Below, piece by piece: positions 10,369 to 19,468 of a DNA stretch of 64,000 nucleotides. The position numbers and the translations under genes are program-made. This DNA is from a virus. Lineage: Duplodnaviria; Caudoviricetes. Position 1 is the stretch's first letter; each line of letters starts with the position of its first letter. The notes under the pieces were generated by a model that saw only the letters and a program-made list of their open reading frames with translations, made no database searches and was not told the origin of the DNA. Location of the stretch: the IMG/VR virus record IMGVR_UViG_2895055527_000002, positions 1-64,000 of that record. The stretch is one strand, 5' to 3'.

Positions 10369-10462
10369 TGTGGATAAATATAGGCCATATTTGGCACCAA
10401 ACGTTGTGGATAACTATATATCCGAATCGAATTTGTGAAAAGTGCCGATATACTTTGCATAA
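10369..10462. promoter_or_regulatory. Repeated TGTGGATAA motifs (DnaA-box consensus or XRE operator half-sites)
   Basis: Exact TGTGGATAA at 10369-10377 and 10405-10413; one-mismatch copies at 10434 and 10454; GGATA-N6-TATCC at 10408-10423. Confidence 0.5.
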
Positions 10463-10629
10463 CTGATGAAGCGTTCGCCACACTTTTCCGACCACAATAA
10501 AGAACTTGCGTGGACAGCGGACATCAGCAACGCATAGCATTTCGACCAAGAGCACCGCGCCGCCTCTGAGGTCAACCGAGCGGAAGTCACAAATCAAGAA
10601 AGTGCGCCAATATCTTTGACGGACACGTA

Positions 10630-11469
10630 ATGACGGGGGCTTTTTTTAACGTTGTTGTTGATGACATTGACCGAAAGCCGGCACTGACTGGCATCTGTGC
10701 AGGATATGAGCAGGGCTCGTGGAGGGTGCAACAGCTTGCCACCGTGTTATTCCGCTCTCTTCCGGACTTTTGTCTTCGTCACTCAGAATGCAGGGACATT
10801 TCGGTCGACAACGCGATGCAACTGATTTCCTCGGCGGCAAAAACGATGTATCAGACTGAGAAATTCAAGAGTCGGGGGGAGTTTGGAGAGCTGATTCTGC
10901 ACGTCGTACTCAAGCAACTCTTCAACACACTGCCAGCGATATCGAAAATATTTTTCAAAGATTCCGTAAATAACACCGTGAAGGGCTTCGATGCCATACA
11001 CGTGGTTCCCACAGCAACCGGCTTGCAGTTGTGGCTTGGCGAAGTCAAGTTCTATACGGATATTTCCAAGGCAGTCGACGACGTTTGTAAAGAGCTTGAT
11101 GTTCACTTCTCTCGAGAGTACTTGCGCAACGAGTTTCTTCTCATCAACCGAAAAATAGACGACACATGGCCGCATGCGGAGCGCCTTAGAGCGCTGACTG
11201 CGGAGACCACGTCGTTAGACACGGTATTCGAGACGGTCTGCGTCCCCGTACTTCTCACATATGAAAGCTCGACGACAGCGAAGCACGCCGCACTAAGCGA
11301 ACAATACAAAGCAGAAATGCTCATTGAACTAGAGAAGCATTATTCCCGCTTTGTCAGCAAGAACCGCCTTACGACAGTGACTATCCGGCTAATCCTCTTC
11401 CCGCTTCGGGCAAAAGCCCTGTTGGTTGATGAGCTCCACCGAAAACTGGGGGCTGCACAATGCCTCTGA
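10630..11469 (+). CDS. hamA: Hachiman nuclease HamA (DUF1837)
   Basis: GEFGELILH..KGFDAIH..LWLGEVKFY PD-(D/E)xK-type motifs; overlaps the helicase start. Confidence 0.9.
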   Translation: MTGAFFNVVVDDIDRKPALTGICAGYEQGSWRVQQLATVLFRSLPDFCLRHSECRDISVDNAMQLISSAAKTMYQTEKFKSRGEFGELILHVVLKQLFNTLPAISKIFFKDSVNNTVKGFDAIHVVPTATGLQLWLGEVKFYTDISKAVDDVCKELDVHFSREYLRNEFLLINRKIDDTWPHAERLRALTAETTSLDTVFETVCVPVLLTYESSTTAKHAALSEQYKAEMLIELEKHYSRFVSKNRLTTVTIRLILFPLRAKALLVDELHRKLGAAQCL

Positions 11470-13577
11470 CCGTCGAGAGCCTTCGCAAACGCATCCAGTC
11501 GCTGGGCGACAATTCCGCCGGCGGAACCTTTGACCTTCTACGCGATATCGCCACTTACATAAATCGTGTCCGAGATACGTCTTCCGCACCGACGGCTCAA
11601 GAACTGGTGGTACGCCTGCTCGATGCCCGTACTCGCCTCGTGGGTTACGAAGACATTTTGATCGAGTTCATTCGTGACGCGGGCCTCTTTCCTTATCTCG
11701 AACCCGCGAAGCTTAGCCTGAGTGACACACTCGCTTATGAAGCTCACCGCCCAGGTGCCAACGCAAGGACAACAGTATTCCACCGGATGCAGGCAAAGGT
11801 GTTCCATACGCTTATGACCGGCCGAAGCGTTGTGCTTAGCGCTCCAACGAGCTTTGGAAAGAGTCTTATCGTTGATGCCATCGTCGAGTCGAACAAGCAC
11901 ACAAACATCGTAATCGTGGTGCCCACACTTGCGCTTCTCGACGAAGTCCGCCGAAGGCTCGCTCGGTTCTCACATTTGTACAAAATCATTACTCACTCGT
12001 CACAGACACCGGGTGTTCGCAATATTTTTGTCCATACGCAAGAGCGCGTGCTTGAGAATAAGAACATCCAAAATGTGGACTTCTTCGTCATTGATGAATT
12101 TTACAAACTGAACCCGAAGCAGGACGTTGAGCGTGCTCAAACCCTGAATCTGGCGTTTTACAAGTTGGCACAACAAGCTAAGCAGTTCTATATGCTCGGA
12201 CCAAACATCGAGGGCATACCGTTAGCGTTCGAAAATCGCTTCGATTGCGTCTTCGAAAGAACCGATTTCAACACCGTTGCGTCCGAGGTTCATCGCATAA
12301 ACGCTGATGACGATGTCGAGCACGCATTGCAGTTGTGCGCTTCCCTCCGAGAACCTACGCTGATTTATGTTCGATCGCCAGCACGAGCCAAGCAATTTTC
12401 TGCTCGCCTTGCGCAGGTGCTTGGACCACTAAATAACGGATTCGGCGCAATCCACGCAGCTGACTGGGTGAGAGGTAACTATCACCCGGAATGGTCGTTC
12501 GCCACAGCACTCGACCGGGGCATTGGGATTCACCACGGACGATTGCCACGAGCTCTGGCGCAAATGGTCGTTCGCGAATTCAACCAAGGCACGCTGAAAT
12601 ACCTTGTTTGCACATCAACGCTAATCGAAGGAGTCAACACGCGCGCGAAGAACGTGATCATTCTTGACAACAAAATTGCCTCGAAGAAATTTGACTACTT
12701 CACGTTTGCGAACATTCGTGGCAGGTCTGGGAGAATGTTCCAGCACTATATTGGAAACGTCTATTTGTATCACGAGCCACCGCAGCAAGAGCTGCCGCTC
12801 GTCGACATTCCAATCATCACGCAGACGGAAGATGCGAGCGATGCACTCCTCATCCACATTGAGCCCAGCGAGCTCACCGAAGCGTCACGCGAACGCGTTG
12901 CTCGATATTTAGAGAGCCCGCTCCTTGACATCGAATTGTTGAAGCAAAATGCCGGGATATCGCCAGAAGCTCAGTTAGCTGTTGCGCAAGCGATAGTTCG
13001 AGATTTGTCCACTTCCCACACTATGCTTGGCTGGAGAGGGTATCCGGAATGGGAACAGTTCAAATGGACCTGCGAGCTCATTTGGGAGCACTTTACGGAC
13101 AGGCGCCGACGGAGTGGCGCGAGTAGTGGAGCTCAGTTGGCGTTCTTGCTTTGGAAAGTACTCGCCGCCAAATCATTTCAAGACGTTGTCGCGGTATTCC
13201 GCACGGATGGCATCCACATTGAGGATGCAATAGATTTGGCCCTAGACTTCCAGCGCCAATGGTCGGAGTTCAGGGCGCCGAATCTGCTTTCTGCGCTAAA
13301 CCGAATTCAGCAACATATCTTTCGCCGCTTCAACCTGACGCCAGGCAACTATGATGCCTACATCGCGCACATAGAGAACTTGGGGAGGAGCCCCGTCGTA
13401 AACGCTCTCGATGAATATGGGCTACCGGTTCAAATCGGGGAGGTAATCTGGAGAGCGACCGGCGTTCCCGATTCGCTCGATGATGCGTTGTCTCGATTGC
13501 GACAACTTGACTTATCTACAGTCAAGTTGTCACCGTTCGAGTTTGCCCTTGTTCAAACAGTTCAGGCGACCCTGTAG
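11460..13577 (+). CDS. hamB: Hachiman Ski2-like SF2 helicase HamB
   Basis: Walker A APTSFGKS, DEFY, TSTLIEGVN, NIRGRSGR; coupled to the DUF1837 gene. Confidence 0.9.
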   Translation: MPLTVESLRKRIQSLGDNSAGGTFDLLRDIATYINRVRDTSSAPTAQELVVRLLDARTRLVGYEDILIEFIRDAGLFPYLEPAKLSLSDTLAYEAHRPGANARTTVFHRMQAKVFHTLMTGRSVVLSAPTSFGKSLIVDAIVESNKHTNIVIVVPTLALLDEVRRRLARFSHLYKIITHSSQTPGVRNIFVHTQERVLENKNIQNVDFFVIDEFYKLNPKQDVERAQTLNLAFYKLAQQAKQFYMLGPNIEGIPLAFENRFDCVFERTDFNTVASEVHRINADDDVEHALQLCASLREPTLIYVRSPARAKQFSARLAQVLGPLNNGFGAIHAADWVRGNYHPEWSFATALDRGIGIHHGRLPRALAQMVVREFNQGTLKYLVCTSTLIEGVNTRAKNVIILDNKIASKKFDYFTFANIRGRSGRMFQHYIGNVYLYHEPPQQELPLVDIPIITQTEDASDALLIHIEPSELTEASRERVARYLESPLLDIELLKQNAGISPEAQLAVAQAIVRDLSTSHTMLGWRGYPEWEQFKWTCELIWEHFTDRRRRSGASSGAQLAFLLWKVLAAKSFQDVVAVFRTDGIHIEDAIDLALDFQRQWSEFRAPNLLSALNRIQQHIFRRFNLTPGNYDAYIAHIENLGRSPVVNALDEYGLPVQIGEVIWRATGVPDSLDDALSRLRQLDLSTVKLSPFEFALVQTVQATL

Positions 13578-13747
13578 GGCCTTGATGACTGCCTGAGCTC
13601 AACTTACTTGCCCCGGCAAACCAGCCATCGCACAGAATTCCCCGTCGTAATGAGGCCGGTTGCCTCCTCGTTATGAACCTAGCACCGATGTTGGGGCATC
13701 TGACGTGATGCTCTCGTAGCATCAGATGTTCACTAGGAAAAGTTCAA

Positions 13748-14085
13748 TGATTCCAGGCAGGATAGCCGATAAGTTGGGCAATCGGTACGAGGCGAAGTGG
13801 TTAGTTCTCAAGCTGATAGGCCTAGTACTCGGGCAAGCTCCCATGCTTCGCTTCGAAGGAGCGGACCAGACATCATATTGCTTACCGGTGGCGCCGACGT
13901 CTACGCCGATTTTAGTAGCGCGACGATTATTGGATATGAGGAGGCGATTCCGTGGCTGGTATCCGGGAGGTCGCAATGAGTTGGCGACACCGAAGCCGAC
14001 TCAATTGGTAGGCGCAGTTGAGCGCGTTTTGTGGCTCGCTGAGGCCGCAGTCAAGGATGCATCGTGGCGTAAGCCTGGTAGATAG
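13748..14085 (+). pseudogene. Truncated N-terminus of a large nuclease-NTPase type defence protein
   Basis: PGRIADKLGNRYEAKWLV..LRFEG resembles the start of PD-(D/E)xK-nuclease/STAND-type proteins; similarity is lost after about 37 aa. Confidence 0.5.
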
Positions 14086-14123
14086 ATAAGCAACGCGGCG
14101 ATTCTGGCGTGCGCGAAACAGGG

Positions 14124-15116
14124 ATGTCAAAGAATATGACGTACTACGCAATCATTGAGCAGCGCTGCATCCAAAAAGACGGCAGTCAATCGGAAATCTA
14201 TGAAAAAAATGTCGCCGAGCATGTTTGTGTTTTCAAGGGAATGTATCGTCTTGGTGAGGAGTTCGATAAGTGTGTTGAGGAAGCTTGTGCGGCGTTGTCT
14301 AAGGTCGCCAAGGATTTGCCGAAAGTCCTGGTGATAAGCGCTCACGGCCACAAGCTTTCTGGCGACCTCGAGATACCCGGGCGGATAGTCGATGGAGACG
14401 AAGTGTCGATCTCCCTTTTGCGCCATGCTAACGCGTTTCAATCTATCCCGGACCAGACCGTAGTTCATTTGAGCTCGTGCTTCGGGGCATACCCGAATGC
14501 GATCACAATTCAACGAGCACGGCATAGCGCTCCGCCAATCATTGGACCGCTTGTCAACATCAACTTCGATGATGCCACGGCTCTTCACACGGCTCTGCTG
14601 AATTACGTCAATGGGCGAGGGATTGGGGACGCTCAATTGCGCGCGTTCGTGGACCATCAACAACAAGCGCTTTCGATCCACGATCCTTACTGTGGACGCT
14701 ATGTCATTGGACTTATTGACAGCACCGGAGCTCAACATCCGCAAGGCGCGGTCGGGGGACAACTGGCGGCGGAAGTTGAAACTTCTCGTATTATCTTTGT
14801 GGTAGATAGCGTCGACTATTCGACCTTGTCGGTGGAAATAGACTCGGGGAGCGGACGCGCCACGAATCGCGCTACGTATAGTCCTCCAGGCGATGTCGCG
14901 AAGGGGTTCTGGTTGGCTGTTCCGTCTGGAGGAAAGCATACGCGGCTACGCGTCCCTCTCAGGGCTTTGGCCGGGTTCATCGAAGGTGAAGGGTACGAAG
15001 CGATGCGAGGCAGGAAATTCTCTGCTCTGTATCAAGTCGCCGGCATCTACAGTGGTGACGTCTGGGCCGAGTTGCTCGAAGTGAGAGAGATCGGCAACAG
15101 TACAAACAACTCGTAG
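14124..15116 (+). CDS. Caspase/CHAT-like cysteine protease with an unknown C-terminal beta domain
   Basis: His-Cys dyad contexts VLVISAHG and VVHLSSCFG, followed by IIGP..INFDDA. Confidence 0.6.
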   Translation: MSKNMTYYAIIEQRCIQKDGSQSEIYEKNVAEHVCVFKGMYRLGEEFDKCVEEACAALSKVAKDLPKVLVISAHGHKLSGDLEIPGRIVDGDEVSISLLRHANAFQSIPDQTVVHLSSCFGAYPNAITIQRARHSAPPIIGPLVNINFDDATALHTALLNYVNGRGIGDAQLRAFVDHQQQALSIHDPYCGRYVIGLIDSTGAQHPQGAVGGQLAAEVETSRIIFVVDSVDYSTLSVEIDSGSGRATNRATYSPPGDVAKGFWLAVPSGGKHTRLRVPLRALAGFIEGEGYEAMRGRKFSALYQVAGIYSGDVWAELLEVREIGNSTNNS

Positions 15117-15313
15117 ATCTCTGGATCAAAATCGAAGAGCTCCACGAGTTGGCAAACTTCCCCGGCATAGAGAAGAATCCGCGGCACCTCGAAGTTTGCA
15201 GACGGCGAGCCACTGACCTTGGAGAGCTCCAAATATGGCTAGGAAAAAGAGTTCGCGGTGTCGATGTCGGCGCGCAGCTTTGTTAACGAATCAGCAGGAG
15301 AAATGAAGGAATC

Positions 15314-16139
15314 ATGAATCTAAGACTGACCGAGGCCGTAGCGTTCGAAAAGTTCGCGATGCGTTCAACCGTGCCGTTGTTTTTGAATTGGGATGGACGG
15401 GGAGTCGCTTTGGTCGGGACGGGAACCCTCTTTGAAATAGCGGGCCGGTTTTTCATCGTCACCGCGCTCCATATTTTCGCTGGCTTCGCAGAGGCGCATT
15501 TTCAAGAGCTCGCCTTTTCCGACGATCCGATTGACGGAAACCTGCATACGTTTGGCAGCACGACGATCGCGAAAAGCGTGCCGGATCATCACGACGTAGC
15601 CGTCGTCGAACTCTTGGACCAGACCACCATAGGGAAACTCAGGACTGGTTGGCGGTTTCTCACACTCGACAATGTTGGGTTGCCGACTTCGACCCTTCGT
15701 GACGGGGCGCTTCTTCTCGCTGGCTACCCGCGCTCAGACCATTCGCCTGAAGATGGGTGGGTAGCTAATGGGAAGGTCCGTGGCCGCTTCGTCAGTGCGT
15801 ACAGCCAGCGAATCCCGACCATCCCCGCTAACGCTGACCAGCCCGCTGATCTCGGTATTGATATTTTCTGCGACTATGGACGGACGGCCACCACGTTGGA
15901 CGTGGCGCGACATTGCCACACCGCCACTGCCGGGAGCCAGCGGGGCATCTGTGTGGGAATTCAACGAGTCGACGGACGGGATTTGGACGCCTGAATCGTC
16001 CGCTCGCGTGGTCGCTGTCCAGTCGACCTACCTCGAAGGCCAATACTTTCGTGCGAAAAGCTGGCGTGTCGTCGCAGAGGTGATGCGGCTTATAGACGCC
16101 GAACTGGCAGAAGCAATCAACGTTACCCTTAGGGTCTAA
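15314..16139 (+). pseudogene. Trypsin-like serine protease split by a single-base frameshift near 15903
   Basis: GTGTLF..IVTALH (His), DVAVVEL (Asp) and LAGYP in the first frame; LPGASGASVW (Ser) in the next frame; deleting 1 nt at 15902-15905 fuses them. Confidence 0.75.
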
Positions 16140-16156
16140 GTCGCAAGGAAAAGAGC

Positions 16157-16426
16157 ATGAGTAACTATTGGGTTGTCATGTCCGGTGGCGGCGGTTCCGA
16201 CACATTCATCTACAACGCTGGGTACGGCAGCTTGGAGATCCGGGAGGTCACGTCCCTTGGTGGGCAGGCTGTTTTGAAGTTTGGTTTTGGCATCACTCTA
16301 TCGTCGTTGCGAGACACCTCGAACGGGGACTATCTCACCATCACGGACGGAATTGTCGGCGACAGAATCAGTGATGGCTCATGCCAAAGCGAAGGTGCGG
16401 AAGGGGCGTTCTGTACCGTACAGTGA
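16157..16426 (+). pseudogene. Fragment of an RTX/haemolysin-type calcium-binding protein
   Basis: GGGGSDTFIYNAGYG..VLKFGFGI..LTITDG..DRI repeat-unit pattern; far too short for an intact gene. Confidence 0.6.
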
Positions 16427-16656
16427 CCGACCGCGTACGTTGGTGATTCTGGGTCTCGGTCAATCGAAGCCAACTACACATAGCAGTTAGCGGGAGATGC
16501 GCTCCTGCGAGGGGAGGCACACCTATCCCCTTGAGAGGCAGCTGCGCGCCGGAGTGGTAGGGGGCCGATTATCGAGATCACAAAGATTAGGGAGGCGTGT
16601 CGGGGGCAAAATCTGCGCGACTTTACTGGGGATTTTCGGGAGTGTTTTCGCAGAAA

Positions 16657-16756
16657 TACTGCGTACGGCAAGCTGGGCTACTATGAACGGCAAGTAAAAC
16701 TACTACGGACGGCAAGTGAGTGGTGATGTATGTCACCAAATTTGCCAAAATCCACA
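16657..16756. repeat. Three direct repeats TACTRYGNACGGCAAG at exact 22-bp period, plus a TGGTGA-N6-TCACCA palindrome
   Basis: Copies start at 16657, 16679, 16701; palindrome 16721-16738; possible terminal CCACA at 16752-16756. Confidence 0.8.
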
Positions 16757-16787
16757 GCTGCATCACCCGGGGCCCTTTCCCGTCGGC

Positions 16788-17030
16788 TCACTCTTCGTCT
16801 GACGCAGCAGAGTGGTAAGCCTCTATCCCGATTTGCTGGCCGGCTTGATATGCCAGCACCGAGTCGGTTCTCACAAGCCGGTTGCTCCCAGTTATATGGT
16901 GTAGTTTGAGCTTGCCTTGGTCGATGAGCTTGGCGACGTGCGTCTGGGAGACGAACAGCATCTTCGCTGCGTCCGCGATGGACATGAATTCGTCGTCCTC
17001 TCGACTCGACTTCTTCTTACCTTTCGACAT
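16788..17030 (-). CDS. Excisionase-like (HTH_17) DNA-binding protein
   Basis: FMSIADAAKMLFVSQTHVAKLIDQGKL..NRLVRTDSVLAY; AAGGA before ATG 17030. Confidence 0.75.
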   Translation of the reverse strand: MSKGKKKSSREDDEFMSIADAAKMLFVSQTHVAKLIDQGKLKLHHITGSNRLVRTDSVLAYQAGQQIGIEAYHSAASDEE

Positions 17031-17245
17031 CGTGGTGTCCTTGGTGGCCAATACACGATTTGAGCCTAGACTAAGCCACCTACAAAGACAATCGAGTAAG
17101 CGGAACCCGTGAGCTGCGGCTACGTATCGGGCAGGCAATCGTAGTTCATGCGGCATTGAGCCGTAGGGTCAGACGTAGTCGCGGATTATGCGGCTCCAAT
17201 TGACGTGGCCTCGTATCTCGGTTGCTGTCGTCAACTGTCGATGAT

Positions 17246-19051
17246 TCAGGCCGCGGCAGCTGCTAGACGCGCGGCATAGTCGTCCATTGCGCTCACAATG
17301 TTCGCTAGGAGAGGGTGGAAGCCAGCCCAATCTAGCTCTTTGGCTTGCTTCGCGACAAATTCGTAAGCGAAATCAGCCTTGCCCACCGACGTAGTCGAAC
17401 TAGACTCTGATGAGAAGTCGAAGGGCTTCCCGTTAAGGCCCTTCGCGATGTCCACTTGTGAAAAGAGGTCCTCGATGCTTCGTTCTTTGGCGTTGCCTAG
17501 AGGAACCGGCACGATGTATAGGTTGGCGAACAGGTGGACGAAGGACTCGTCTCCAGTAATTGTTAACTTCAACGTGTCTTTGACCACCTTGAAGACTGTT
17601 TTGCCACCACTATCGTTGTCAACAATGAAAATGACCGGTTGCTTGCCCCCAGGTGACTTGAACTTCGCCAGTTCGCCATGATAGGCACGAATCAGGTTTC
17701 CTAAATTTGCCCCGCCGCCGCTACCGCCCCCCAAAATGGTGATGGTGGAGTAGTTGGGGAGATGCACCATCTTCTTTTTCTTGTGTTTTCGTGCGTACTT
17801 TAGTAGTTGAAAGGACAGCACGTCTTCCTTTTCGACATTTTTCTTTACCAGGCTAGGGAAGAGATTTTTGCTTTGATGTACCGCATTGCTGATATACACA
17901 CCATCCGTCTTTCCCTCACACACTATCAGCGGTACGGTGTTCGCATAAAAGCGGGTGTATATGAGGAAACGCCGATAGATGGCCAAATTGCCTGTGGGCT
18001 TCTTTTCGTTAGCTTGCTGCCCTGGATAGTTGTATGGATGCCTTTTGATATCTGTACGAAAAACGCTGTCAACGGAATGGATAAAACCCAACATTCCATG
18101 AAGCTTCGCCGGCGTTCCTTCTTCCTCGAACGTCTGTAGTTTGCCATGCACGTCAGGGACTTGGCGTTTGACTGTGTATTTGCCGTTCTTGACAAGGGAC
18201 GCCACGTAAGCCCGCACGAGATACCTATACTCGGTGCTGACGTTTACCTTCTTGTTCACGACGAGTCCCGTGACCTGTTGTCTGGAGTCTCGATATTGCA
18301 TTCGGGTTTTCTTCTCGTTGATTGAGAAGCCGCTTCGCAAAATCAGTCGCTGGAGTTCTGCTCCGACGTGCCAGCTGTGTTCTTTGGAGTCATCACGATA
18401 CGCAATCGCCGCGGGAAATACTTCCTTGTTCGTAGAAAACGTGAGGTCGTCGGCGTATCTCGTGTAAGTGCAACCGTGCATCTGGGCTAGCTTGGAAAGG
18501 TGCGCATCCAAGATTCCGGCAATCATGTTGGATATGACCGGTGAGCACGGGCTGCCTTGGGGAAGCACCCCATCTCGGCAGGCTATATGGGCGATGGTCG
18601 TGGCTACTTTCGCATCAAACGCAAAATATCTATCGTTGATGAGGAATCCTCGGATTCTCTGCCCCGAGATGCTCGGAAAGAAATCCTTGAGGTCAAGATT
18701 GAACACGTATCGCCTGTTGCGGTGTGCAGCAGCATTCGTGAGAATGCTTTTTCCCGGACGGAAGCCATGAGAAGCTTTATTAGTTCTCTTGGTCAGCGCG
18801 GCAATATCCACGAGACATTGTTCCAGCGCAGCAGCAAGTTTGCGTTGTAACGACTTTAACTCGGATGTGGGAGCACAAATATCCCGGCTGCCTCCGCTAC
18901 TCTTGGGAATCGAAAATACGTTATACCTTTCAGGATCTTTCTTGACGTAGAGAAGGTACGTCAGGTCTTGGTGCTTGATGTCAAGAAGCATCGCGAGCTC
19001 TGCACGCGATTTGGCGCCTTGGAACCACTCAAGTGTATTTTTCGGAAGCAT
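17246..19051 (-). CDS. Retron reverse transcriptase fused to a TOPRIM nuclease (Ec67/Eco2-like, type I-C)
   Basis: Region X NAAAH, LPQGSPCSP, YTRYADD, region Y VTGLVVN; TOPRIM CEGKTD, IVDNDSGG, IEDLF, GKADFA. Confidence 0.93.
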   Translation of the reverse strand: MLPKNTLEWFQGAKSRAELAMLLDIKHQDLTYLLYVKKDPERYNVFSIPKSSGGSRDICAPTSELKSLQRKLAAALEQCLVDIAALTKRTNKASHGFRPGKSILTNAAAHRNRRYVFNLDLKDFFPSISGQRIRGFLINDRYFAFDAKVATTIAHIACRDGVLPQGSPCSPVISNMIAGILDAHLSKLAQMHGCTYTRYADDLTFSTNKEVFPAAIAYRDDSKEHSWHVGAELQRLILRSGFSINEKKTRMQYRDSRQQVTGLVVNKKVNVSTEYRYLVRAYVASLVKNGKYTVKRQVPDVHGKLQTFEEEGTPAKLHGMLGFIHSVDSVFRTDIKRHPYNYPGQQANEKKPTGNLAIYRRFLIYTRFYANTVPLIVCEGKTDGVYISNAVHQSKNLFPSLVKKNVEKEDVLSFQLLKYARKHKKKKMVHLPNYSTITILGGGSGGGANLGNLIRAYHGELAKFKSPGGKQPVIFIVDNDSGGKTVFKVVKDTLKLTITGDESFVHLFANLYIVPVPLGNAKERSIEDLFSQVDIAKGLNGKPFDFSSESSSTTSVGKADFAYEFVAKQAKELDWAGFHPLLANIVSAMDDYAARLAAAAA

Positions 19052-19062
19052 TTAGATAGAGA

Positions 19063-19193
19063 GCCCCGTAGACACTCCAACGCGTATTGGCTCCTGCTCC
19101 ACATGGCGCCAATCAGGTTGATATCGATGCAGCATAGGTCCTAACATTGTTGTCAAGTGCCATGATTCATGGCAGAAATTCTGTCTACGAGGC
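19063..19193 (-). ncRNA. Retron msr-msd RNA
   Basis: 12-bp terminal duplex GCCUCGUAGACA/UGUCUACGGGGC (one G-U); unpaired G at 19181; msr hairpins UGCCAUG-AAU-CAUGGCA and CUUGACA-ACAA-UGUUAGG; msd hairpin about 19078-19120. Confidence 0.85.
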
Positions 19194-19200
19194 GACTCCG

Positions 19201-19209
19201 ATAATATCA
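19201..19209 (-). promoter_or_regulatory. Extended -10 promoter of the retron
   Basis: TG-A-TATTAT, 7 nt upstream of the first base of the msr repeat. Confidence 0.6.
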
Positions 19210-19468
19210 AAGTGCTCTCCGACTCGACAGCAGCATCTCATCTCTTGCGTTGTGCTGTAGCTGCGGGAGTTGCGTTGGATTTGCTCTTGAGTTAGATTCG
19301 CTTCTGCGTCGCAGAACGTCGGCGCGCTGCCCACCCCTTGGGGCTTTCCGGCCGCAGTCAAGCTTTCGCATCGTTCCAAATCCAATCTTCAAAATATCTG
19401 AACCCGGTCTCCGGGCGTCAGAGAATTCGGGTGGGCGTCTCTGACGGAACTCTAAGGAGTGACGGAAC

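Noticed and set aside
10369-10462. Replication origin
   Set aside because: Too few boxes, no DUE and no dnaA or rep context; kept only as a regulatory candidate
14127-14939. 270-aa minus-strand ORF
   Set aside because: Antisense to the caspase-like gene, which has the better motifs
16657-16716. 22-bp repeats as plasmid iterons or CRISPR
   Set aside because: No rep gene or AT-rich unwinding region nearby; the 6-bp gaps are far too short for CRISPR spacers
17246-19051. RT as a group II intron, DGR or Abi RT
   Set aside because: It has retron-specific NAxxH and VTG motifs, a TOPRIM fusion and an upstream msr-msd; no maturase domain or TR/VR pair was seen
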